Source: Gnetum montanum (taxonomy: Eukaryota > Plantae > Gnetophyta). From it: DNA of 64,000 nt. The stretch spans positions 187,895 through 251,894 of the forward strand of contig MNCI01002172.1 of assembly GCA_015680685.1 (NCBI GenBank). Reading direction: 5' to 3'. Shown here piece by piece: positions 1-11,005 of the stretch. Each line of letters begins with the position of its first letter. Positions within the stretch are counted from its first letter, which is position 1. Below the pieces are notes generated by a model. That model saw nothing but the letters and a program-made list of their open reading frames with translations. It made no database searches and was not told the DNA's origin. A program made the position numbers and the translations under genes.

Positions 1-385
1 AGAAAGAGCAAATCAATATGCAGGAAATGAAATGAGGGAACTCATGCTAACAACAAAAGTATAGACACATTAGAATATGAGCGTCGCCAACTTCCACCCC
101 TTAATCTAAAAACATCAATTGGGAGAAGTTGGGCATTTCTACGAAATTCAAACAGACGTTCATTATTTCGGATCTCTTCCTTGCAATTCAGTCATGGGGG
201 AGATGACCACCTATGCTAACCATTGAAGGCCTTAGTTCTTTTTAAGTTTTTGTTTTACATGTTTTTTTTTCCACGTTTTTGTTTTACACATTTTTGTTTT
301 ACAAGTTTTTTTTTTACACGTTTTTGTTTTACAATTTCTTTAACTTTTCTTGTTTTTTTTTTCAACATCGTTATACTTTTTCATT

Positions 386-409
386 TGTGTGTGTGTGTGT
401 GTGTGTGTG
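386..409. repeat. (TG)n microsatellite carried by the Athila element
   Basis: (TG)12 here and a shorter (TG)n at the homologous position in element B (~33347-33364). Confidence 0.9.
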
Positions 410-2179
410 AGTGATCCATCCTGTAAGTTTGTCACCCAATAAGTGTTCGGAATGATGGTGTGAACTGTTTTCATGTTGATTGCTAATGGTTGGTTTTTAC
501 CTTTAAGTCATGATGTGGAAACTAAGGTATGCTTCTTTTGATATGGCAAGAAATGAGTTCACTTCATCCATCCATCCACAAAGTTTATGGTCTCTCTTGG
601 CTTGGAAATGTACAGTCCCTCATAATAAGAACTTTAACAAATCGGTGACTAGGCATTTCTCAAAATAAGGAAGGACTCAACGATTGAAAAGGGTGTGACT
701 TCAAGGGAACTTGATGCATTTGTATTGGCCATTTTCTTGGGTTCTTGGATGTTTTCTTCTTGAGTTTTCTCATCGTTCCGGTGTTACCCAATTATCGGAA
801 GCTAAGACAATAAAAATAAGAAGTCTTTGCATGGTGTGGTTCTCACGCATAAAAACATAAAAAAAAAAGAGAAGAAAAAAAAAGAAAAAGTGAGATTTCA
901 AAGCACACCCCTTAGACAAAATAATCACTTGGGCTACGAGCACTAGTTATGGAACCAAAAGTATTCCCTCTAACTAAGGCCTTCTCGCTTCCCATTCTCT
1001 CCCTTGATTCGTCGAAACGGCGGTAACTCTTTGGAGAGGCATTCTTGCTATTCAAGAGGATGGATTGGCCAAATCAATTGATGCGAAGTCAGTGGATGTG
1101 GTTGGTTTGAGGTTGGAGTTGGAATGAGATTTGCCAAGTTACATTAATCATGAAACACACAAGGGGCTGTACACGACCTTGTTCTTGGGATTCCATTACA
1201 TTCTCTTCTCTCCACCCTTCTCTCCACTATTCACCTCATTGCCGATTATATCACTAGTGTATATTTTGGTAGATGCATTGTGTTCTTTTTGGTAAACTCT
1301 TATGGTTAAGTCTTTAACTCTTGTTCTAAAGGACATTCCCAGAACCTATGAACTCTTTGAATGTGGGTTTGTCAGGGCATTAAGGGCATGCACCTGCTTT
1401 CGGGAGGATCCACTAACATTCCTATTTGGTGCACCAGTTAATTTCTTTTCCCTAACATTTTGCAATTAATTTTATTTTATTTTGTTCATTTCCATCTTGA
1501 CATCCATTTCATCAATGCTATAGTTGTCCCTTTTTATCTATCTTTCTTGTTCTTTTTTCTTTCTCCATTCTAACGCTATCGAAGGTTCGCGATTAGTCAT
1601 GGGGGGACGGGGCCTGATTTTTTCAATTTTCTCCTAGCCCTAATTTTTTTGATTTTTTCCTAACCCCTACACCTTCGGTAGTCATCATTAATATATCTCG
1701 AGATCCGTATCAGCCATACCACAACCTAGCCAATGGACTTACACCGAAGCAAGGTATTAATTACATGATGATTCATTTATCCTTGCTAATAAAAGATTGT
1801 GTTGTGTGTGCAGATGGCAATCATGCAACAACGGAGGGGATCTAGAAGGAACATTTGGAATGGAGCAGTGCTGGAAGGAGCAATGCAAGGAGCAAGATCG
1901 ATGGTGCGCTTCCTGATGGACAACAAAAGGCGCAATCTTGGCATTGGCAGCAGCAACACTTCTTTCTCTCTTCTCTTTTCTCTCAGCTGCCAAATGAGGC
2001 TTGATGTCAATGTAATAAGGTGTTCACCCTTGTTGTCTTGAACACCAGTTTTGTTGAGTCTTGTAATGATGATCCATTCACATGTCATCCCATTAGTTTC
2101 CATTGAGTCAATAATCCCATACCTTCCCGATATTATTATAATGAACTCGAGGATAAGTTTTCATTTAGTCATGGGGGTA

Positions 2180-3027
2180 TGATGGGACGCGATATCGCAT
2201 GGGCCACGATATCGCATCGTGATATCGCATCCCTCGTGATATCATGTACGCGATATCGCGTCTTCCCCTGCGATATCGTGTACGCAATATCGTGGTGCGC
2301 CATTATATCTATAAATAAGAGGCAGCTCTCCCTTGTTTCCTCATCCTAGGCTAGATAGTAGGAAAACTCTGGCAGATTGATCACTCCAGAGATAGAATAT
2401 TTTCCATGTGCCCATAGTAGGAGTCCTAAAGTGAATGGATCTTTATTCAAGCAAACATTGTACCTGAACACGAGTTTGTGTACAGCAATAAAGATGAGTT
2501 TCTTGGATAAACCTTGCAGTGCATGGAATAAGATTTTATTTATTGTTATTTATTATCTATTATTTATTATTTGTTATTTACTGCTTTCTCTCTCAACCCT
2601 TCTCTCCTAGTTAAGTGCCTCAGTACGACCGCTTTGAGCACGTGCGTTACGTGTGGTGATCCCAACAACGATTAGCGTTTGGTAGCCACGGTTGCATCGG
2701 TTCAGGGTGTGTACGGTAAGTGGGAACGGATGCTGACACTAGGTAATTTAGACTTAGTTCATTAGTTAGAGTTAGGAATTAGTCTCTCTACCCTTCAACT
2801 CATTAGCATAGGAGACATAAAACATAAAAAGCTATAAAAAAATCATATACCTTAGGCTTACTTAACCATACACCGTGACAACTACAAGTAAGTTTGGGAA
2901 GACAACAAATGATTAACCCTAAGTGTTCCATGGGCGTGTAGGCACTTAGTCTACGGAGTTCGACCGGATCGCACGTGCTACGCTCGTATTCGTATGGTTG
3001 AGTGTAGGGGTATCTAGCCACTCATCA
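2180..3027 (+). repeat. 3' LTR of element A (848 bp)
   Basis: Ends TGATG...CATCA. TATA-like CTATAAATA near 2310. Similar to the LTRs at 25923 and 35137. Confidence 0.92.
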
Positions 3028-4479
3028 ACTACCTTGAGTGATTTTTGAAGGAAACAACAAGAAACATTAATAAAGCAAACCATCTATATAAATTGTAGTA
3101 ACAAGTAATGCATCTCCTTTTGAAATCATTTCAAGCTTCTTTGCAACAAATTCATTACATCATCTTTATTTATTTATTCTTCCCTCATTAATTTTTATCC
3201 CAAGCATACAACAACATCAATGGGAAATAGAAAGAAATCAATGTTGAATAATATTTGTCTAGGCATTTATAGCACATCAGCAACAAAAAATGTCAAAAAT
3301 GAATCAGTCAATTCAATATTTCTTTACACCATAAGCTAAAGAAGAATGACTAAGGATAACATTCAAGCAAAACATGGAAGAAAAATGCCTAACAGAAGCT
3401 GAGGAAGAGAAAAATGCTGAAAATGGTTGAACTCACCATAATTTGCTCCAAATATGTCATCCTCATAGCACTGGTTGTGTCAAGAAAATAATTTTTAAAC
3501 AATTAAACAAAGTAACTCATTTAATCAATTACTAATAATTACCGAACTAGTTATTACCAATGGCAAGTTTTGACCCCCTATTGTTCAACCTTCCCATACA
3601 AATGATCTGATAAAACTATATGTTACCAAAAAATATTAACCCATGTCTAGATCCTTTTTAAGTTGAGCATTGATTTTGCTTATTTTTAAAAACAAATGAC
3701 CTCAAAGAAACATAATTCACTACCATTGGTGCTTTGGTATTCTCCATAAGTTTTGACTTGAAATAAAGTTGCAGTTGTCAACCAAGAGACAAATTCATCA
3801 TCACAAAAAAGTTAGAGCCCAAAATGGAGAAGTATAGAAACAAGGATCAAGGTATTGAAAAAAATAAAAAAAAAGAGTAATATTACTAACCGTGAACATC
3901 TTTATATCCAAATCCTAATGCATAAAGAACTTGTCCATTGATTTATCTATGATTGTACTTAAAATAAATTTATGTTCTTAAAAGTGATTTAATCATTAAA
4001 CACACTTCTCACTCAAGCATAGAAGTTTTTAACTACTCTACTATGAAAACAATTATTGTGATATAAAATAGATGAGTAACAAGTTTATACATAAGCATGA
4101 TATCAATAAATGGATTTCTTTTTCATGAGGTGGAAAAGAGAGAAATACTTGGACAAAGAGAATTGATAAAATACTAGCGTATTATAGGGCTAAGTGTGTC
4201 CTTCCATACTCATTAGTTTTATTTTGCCAACTTAGATTATGTTCTTTTGTATTGTACAAAGTATTAATTTTATGTGTGTTTAGTAAAACTTCAGTCATGT
4301 AGAGAAACTTTGATTATAAAAATATGGGTAGGCCCACAAACACAAGTTTTGATTACACGTTACAAATTTGTAATGGATATAGAAGAAAACATCATGGATG
4401 CCCTTGCATAGTGTTATTTTTTTAGCATCTTTGGAATAGATTTCTTGGTATTGTACAAAGTCTCAACGTACCAAGTTTG

Positions 4480-4791
4480 ATTGTACATATGGATAGGCCC
4501 CACAACCATGACTTTACATTGATATAAATGGCATCATTTATTCAAAGATATAGACATGTTCATGAATAAGCCCCACAACCATGGTTTTTCATTGATGTAA
4601 ATGGTATTATTTATTAAAAGAAATAGACATGTTCAATTGAAAACAGTTATCCAATTTGCAAGTGGACAACTAAGTTTTATTGTACATATGGATAGGCCCC
4701 AAAAACACTACTTTTAATTGAGGTAAATGGTATCATTTATTCAAAGAAATAAACTTGTTCAATTAAAAACTCCTATCCAATTTGCAAGTGG
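4480..4791. repeat. Degenerate tandem repeat, ~73-bp core x3
   Basis: atggataggcccca..cattgat.taaatgg.atcatttattcaaaga.atagacatgttc recurs at ~4489, ~4562 and ~4688. Confidence 0.8.
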
Positions 4792-5379
4792 GTTGAAAAT
4801 AAATGATGGCACATAAGTCATAAATCAATAATGATCTATATCTTGGCATCTATCATTGGTCAAATCCTCCAAATCCACACAAGAAATGTTGTTATTTTGT
4901 GTTCCATATTTTGATGGGAACTCCTCACTCATCACAACCGATGATTTTTGGAGCTAATCCTTCTCCCTAGACTATAAGAATAACAATTTTTCATAATCAT
5001 AGGGAAGGAAGTTAAGCTCACAACAAATCAATCAACCTGCAAAAGTATAACATGGTAAGTGCTCAGAATCTTGGCTCTCAAGAGTTTCTATTTTTTCATA
5101 GATTATTTTCATATTTATCTTCTAATGTTTCAATACATTCAACTTCTAACAATATGAGTATCTATTTCTACATAGATTAAATAACAAAAAAACATCACAA
5201 TCATCTACATACTCAATATAACAAAGCCATTCATAGTTCCATCAAAATTTACAAAATTAATCTATGTTGACATATTCAAAATCACTAATTCCAAATGTAA
5301 ATTTTTTCCCCTCATTCTTCCATAACTTACTACAATCTTGAAATCCAACTTTTCCATTTTCATCAAAAGCTTGAAAGTC

Positions 5380-6296
5380 TACATTTTTCCAAAAAAACTC
5401 CTAATAATATCTTCATCATATTCATCGGCAAGCACAGTAGCCTTAGCATCATATAAAGATTCTTTTTTTCTTTTGTATGCATTGGAAAAATGTTGAATTC
5501 CATCATGGCTATAAAAATAATATCTTTGATCAACATTTTTATTTGACAAGTCATATCCTATAAAACTATTTGGTATACCATCTGCAACAATATTGTCATT
5601 ATGTTTGGAACATAAGTTTGGGAAAGAGCCATCATTTCCTAATTTTAACTATTGAGGACAAACACTATATCTCTCAACATCTCCACGCTCTAAATTCCAA
5701 CTTTTTTTTCTTTTCAATGATAAGCAATATTTCTATAGAATTTAAAAACATTATTCTTGTTAAAACTATATAACTTATATATAAATACATGCTTCTTATA
5801 ACACTTCATTTCATATTTTTCTACCTAAAAAATATAGTTTGCTTGTACACAAGTTGGGTGATTATTATTACTTCCATGTATTACTCTTTCTATAGTCTCA
5901 TCTGACGATTTTCCTAAATAAAGATAACATATTGTTTTTGATAAATTACCTATATATATAAAATAATCATAACATACATCTAATAGAGCATCCTCACTAG
6001 CATACAATGATTCTTGATTATTTTTATATACATATAACAAATGTTGATTTCCATCATGATTATAAAAATGATAAGTCTGATCAACATTTCTATTTGATAA
6101 GTCATACTCTATATGACTATTTGATGTAGCACCAGCAACAAATTTGCCATGATATTTTATACATGATTTTTTCAAAGAGTCTTCATTTCCTAATGTTACT
6201 TGTTCATGATAAATACTATTTCAATCAACATTTGTAGAATCAGAATGCAAATTCCTTTGTCCCTTCAATGATAAGCAACATTTCTGCACAATTTCC
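5380..6296 (-). pseudogene. Two tandem paralogous copies of an unknown ~85-aa protein module (decayed)
   Basis: KSCIKYHGKFVAGATSNSHIEYDLSNRNVDQTYHFYNHDGNQH (6170-6040) aligns with KLCSKHNDNIVADGIPNSFIGYDLSNKNVDQRYYFYSHDGIQH (5620-5490). Stops and frameshifts are present. Confidence 0.6.
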
Positions 6297-6599
6297 ATTG
6301 ATTATATTCGTTAAAACTCAACAAAAATTCTTACAAAATCTACCTTATGCTTATTTTAATTTTTTAGTGTTATAGTTATTGTTTAAAAAAAATCATCAAA
6401 GTTTAGCATTCTTTAAAGTTCAATATCAATAAAATTTATATGTCCTAACTTGTATATTTTTGCTTTATTTAGAATCAAATGGGATCATATCTTATTAGGG
6501 AAGGTTGGCAAGAGTGATCTTCCCATCTACTAATGAACTGTGACACTGGGGATCTAGATGAATGCATGCCAGCAATGACAATTCAAGCTCATTTTCAAT

Positions 6600-7087
6600 G
6601 ATATGGAGTTGCTTTCAAAAACTTTGTATATGAATCCAAGTTGTGTTACCAGAATGCAATATATAAGGATCAGCAAATCAATTCATCGAGATATGTTCAA
6701 ATTTAGAACATGAGCAACGTGATAAATAATTAGTGGTTGTGGCCATTTTACAAATTTGGAAATTCATGTTTCTATTATGAAATTGAGATTATTCCATTTA
6801 ATATACCTAACGATGCATGGTTTGAATGGTGGAAATATTTTGGTCATAATCCATATTTGATGATAGAAAATTCTTCCTCTTTTGTCAAAGGTGCAAATCA
6901 TAGTGATTATTTCTTCTATACAAATCCCAAAGTTAAAAATGTATACACATACAAGTTTGGTTGGACAAGCATGAGTTATTATCTATTTTCCACTATAGAA
7001 AGAAAACTTGTCACCTGCAATTCATTAGGATTTACTTTCTATCAAGTAGTGTACACAATAAACAAGTGGGATAAAAGTTACTTCTAA
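6600..7087 (+). pseudogene. Florendovirus ORF2-like (Caulimoviridae-derived) remnant
   Basis: IPNDAWFEWWKYFG and YQVVYTINKWDK resemble the PxWFxxWWxxFG and (Y/F)xKWWDK motifs I recall from florendovirus ORF2, with similar spacing. The frame extends upstream through TAG stops. Motif recall only, no search. Confidence 0.4.
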
Positions 7088-7559
7088 CAAAACAATGTGC
7101 AAGCTTATAATAGAACTTCATCATTGACAAATGATTTACACATCTTGAATATTCAACTTAATGGTGGACTAACATTGGAAGACCTACAACATCCACTCCA
7201 TCAAGTGTTGTTGGCAAGTCCTTATGCTGGAGATTTTGATTATGATGAAGATCCATAAACTTTAGCATAGATTCTATCTTGCAATGGTAATAAAACAAGT
7301 TACCCTTTCTCTTTATGATTATCTTTTATTTGTAATACTTACACTTGTTTCATGTGATACTACATATGCTTAATGAATAAGGACCACATATTATTTTTTT
7401 TCTGAGGATTACTAATAAATATACATAGGTCTTTACATTAACAATAATATAATGACACCAACTACTAAGAAAACAGTCACTTTTCCTTATGAATAATTGT
7501 TCCCTTTTGCTAAAATCTTTAAGGTACATTCACAATTGCTTATAGTCATTAAGTTACAC

Positions 7560-8795
7560 CAATGTAAGAACCTAGCTTGAGCTTGGTTCAGATGGTTCCA
7601 ATCTAGTTTCCAATAAAGATGGTGGGTGCTTTAGCTAACACATGATCCAACCACAATTTTCTTCAACCGAAATATTTTCTTTAAATCCAAGCTATTCTCT
7701 CTTCATTCCTAGAAAAATTTATCGAATGCATTACTTATCAAATCAACCAAAATGTAGGGAGAAAAAACAAAATATATGCATTTTATCAATACTATTCCCA
7801 TACCAAAAGCTTACTGATTAACTTTCTTAAACAAGTCTCTGCAAAAAAATATTACGATCTTGACTACTAATAAAACTAGCATTAGTTGCATGATCTAAAA
7901 ATGTCAACATAAAATCATAATAGCCTTCAACATTTAACAATCCAACCTAAAAATAAAGAAGAAAAATTCTTAACTGCTTTTTAACATTAATCATGATAAA
8001 TTATGCCTAATGTCACAACATCATCAAACATATTAGGTTGTTATGAATTCCAAGTTGTCTCCAACTAATAACCTCCATAACTTCTTCCATGGTCCCAAAA
8101 CCACCGAGTAATAAGCAAATAAAATTATTTCTACTACAACAAAATACATTAAATATTACAAAACAAAATACAAATATAGCAACTACCTAGTAAACCAATA
8201 AAGACATCTCTGTACTCTGTCATTATTGTTTTTCTCTCAAGCATAGTGTTAATAATATGAATATTGCCGATTGTTTTACCAATGATCTATGTGTAGTAAA
8301 AATCACAAGAAAATACTTAAATTATCAGTATGATATGTACAAGTACACTACACTAACAAAAGATCGTTGTTACTAGAATAGTACCTGCTTAGATGCAAAA
8401 AATTTTGGTACCACTTTGTTATTCAAGATACAAACAATAATCAACTAATAAATTCACGAACAAAATACCTTAATAAGAATCCAAATTCATAATTTTATCC
8501 AAGAACATTTCCTCCCCTACTACAAACAATGTTATCTACAACACCCATTAGCCCAATGCTTCCTCTGCCATATATTAATTCAATTTTTCTTCTAAACTTC
8601 ATACCAAAACAACTAAGTTAAATAAACAAAACATATAAATTTGTTATACATACCTTGAAAAGTAGTAACAATTAACATTACCATTTCTAATCCAAGTTGT
8701 TTTGCAGCATTTTCAAATCTATTATGTTTGCCTAACTGACTTCCACAAAAAAGACAAATTCTTGCCATTTTACTTATTCGCACTTGTCAACACAT
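7560..8795 (-). pseudogene. LOG: LONELY GUY (cytokinin riboside 5'-monophosphate phosphoribohydrolase) pseudogene, 7 exons
   Basis: Exons: 8768-8682 MARICLFCGSQLGKHNRFENAAKQLGLEM; 8596-8499 RRKIELIYGRGSIGLMGVVDNIVCSRGGNVLG; 8415-8385 VVPKFFASKQ; 8286-8187 IIGKTIGNIHIINTMLERKTIMTEYRDVFIGLLG; 8104-8034 GFGTMEEVMEVISWRQLGIHN; 7946-7804 VGLLNVEGYYDFMLTFLDHA; a probable last exon near 7636-7560 (KLDW). This matches plant LOG exon by exon. Several splice sites are broken (GT>AT, AG>AA/CG) and exon 6 is frameshifted. Confidence 0.88.
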
Positions 8796-10587
8796 GTCAT
8801 TAGTTTGACCAAAATGAAAATTTCCATTTATAATCTATTGAGAGGACCAACTACTAGAACATGTTATTCCCAATGCAACAAAAATATAAAATAATGTATT
8901 GCTTTCTGTCATATCGTCACTATCCTCATAATGATTTCTCCTTTTTTTCAACCATGAATATATCTAATAACAAAAGATTTGATCTCCTTCTCGAGCACAA
9001 CAATAACACTATATGGATACATTGATTTAAGGTTAAAAAATACAAGTTGCATAAGAGTCAAGTCCAGTCAATGTAGACTTTGAATGAACATTGATTCAAC
9101 AGATGAATAAACACATCAATCTAAATATTCTAAAGGTAACCACAGTTTTGGTAAACGTCAACGGTGAATATTCTAAAACTAGAAGTGGTTTTGGTAAACG
9201 TAAGCGGTGAGTTTAATTCAGATTGATGTGTTTGGTTATGTTTCAGTAACTTTCATTGTTAGTTTCAAATATTCTAAAACAGTATGGATTTACTTCATGA
9301 AATTCAAATATGAAGTCTTTGAAAAATTCAAGGAATATAAAGTTCTTATTGAAAATCAATTCCAAAAAGAATTAAAGTCCTTAAAAACAAATAATGATGG
9401 AGAATATTTTTTAAATGAATTTGAAAAGTTTTATAAGATTCATAGTATTTTTGTATTATGTAAAGTACCCAAGCTTTACTCCAAGTATTTAAGGAGCTAA
9501 AAACACATTGGATCTAATTTTCAAGGATGTGTTTGTTTATGTTTTAGTAACTTTAATTGCTAGTTTTGGATATTAGGGATCCTTTATAGATGATTAGTCT
9601 AAAACAGTATGGATTTACTTCATGAAATTTAAATGTGAAGTCTTTAAAAAATTCAAGGAATATAAAGTTCTTATTAAAAATCAATTTCACATAGAATTAA
9701 AGACCATAAAAATAGACATTGATGGGGACTATTTTAGATAAATTTGAAAATTTTTATAAGATTCATATCATTTTCAAGTAAAAAATCATTCCATGCACTT
9801 TACAACAAAATAGAGTTGCAAAGTGGATAAATAGATTCTCTTGTAATGAGCTTGAAGTATGATTAGTGATGCTCTTTTTGAAAATAAATTTTGAGCAAAA
9901 GCTATGATGATGGCTTGCTACTTGATTAACAAATCATCTTCATTATCATTGAATGGTAGAATCCCATAAGAGAGATGGTTCAGTAAGAAAGTTTCATTGG
10001 ATCATTTAAGAGCATTTGAGAGTATAGCTTATTATCATGTGTCTAAAGAATGTAGATCTAAATTGGATTATAAACTAATAAATGTATGTTTCTTGGGTAT
10101 GGCCATGGAATAAAAGGATATAAAATATGGAATCCTTATACCAACAAAATCATTTATACTAGAGATGTGTTTATGGAAAAATCTCAACTAGATGAGATTG
10201 AGAAAAAGATTCTAGAAAAAGCTTATTATGATATTGACCAAGAATCATCCACAAAATAAGTTGATGAAATTGAGGATGGCAAAGAAGATATACCTCAAGA
10301 AGAATATCAACCATTAAGAAAGTCAAATTAGGTCAAACGACCATCATAATATTAAGACTCTTATATTTTGTGTATTAGTAATGCTCCTCAAACCTATAAA
10401 AATACTTGTAATTCAAAAGTTAGCAAAGCTTGGAAAAATGCTATGGATGAGGAAATGTAAGCACTAATGAAAAACAAAATATGAAAATTTGTTACACTTC
10501 CTCCCTGGAAGAAAGCTAGCTAGCTACAAATGGCTCTTCAAAATAAAAGAGAGAGAAGTATACAAGGCATAATTAGTGAAAAAATAA

Positions 10588-10953
10588 TGTGGAAGATGAT
10601 GTGTAGACGTTCCACATTATTAGGAGATTGATCTCATATTTTTATTTATTCTAAATAAGATGAGATCCTAGTTGTCCATGCTTATCCATATCCATGCTTA
10701 TCCATACCCATGATTATCTCATCCATAAAGAAGATGACAAGGATCATTCCCATGATTTTAGAGACTCATGCTTATCTCTTCAAATCCATTCTTGGAAGGA
10801 TCCAAGTCTATATAATTGTAGCAGCACATATTCATAAATATATAGATTCTGGATTAACAAATTGTAAGTGTGTTTTTTTTTTTCTAATAATGTTCTGTAA
10901 TTTCTATTTCGCATAGATAGTAGATCTAGGGCCCTTTAGATTCAGATTTCTCA
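10588..10953 (+). repeat. 5' LTR of the Copia element
   Basis: TG...CA ends. Near-identical to 15610-15957, but with an extra ~15-bp tandem duplication (tgcttatccatatcca). Confidence 0.95.
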
Positions 10954-11005
10954 TTTGGTATCAGAGCTCAGTTAGCTCAGATTCTTGACAACAGATCTCT
11001 TCAGA

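Larger units (their letters stand above)
1..3027 (+). mobile_element. 3' part of Athila-type Ty3/gypsy LTR retrotransposon (element A): pol end, long 3' region, PPT, 3' LTR
   Basis: Colinear with 33130-36692 of element B. Pol C-terminus RSLFRIS..SHGGDDHLC* ends near 219. PPT AGTCATGGGGGTA at 2167-2179 is followed by an LTR. Confidence 0.92.

Noticed and set aside
10710-10916. Duplicated 62-68 aa ORFs (also 15716-15904)
   Set aside because: They lie within the two Copia LTRs, and their identity reflects LTR duplication.
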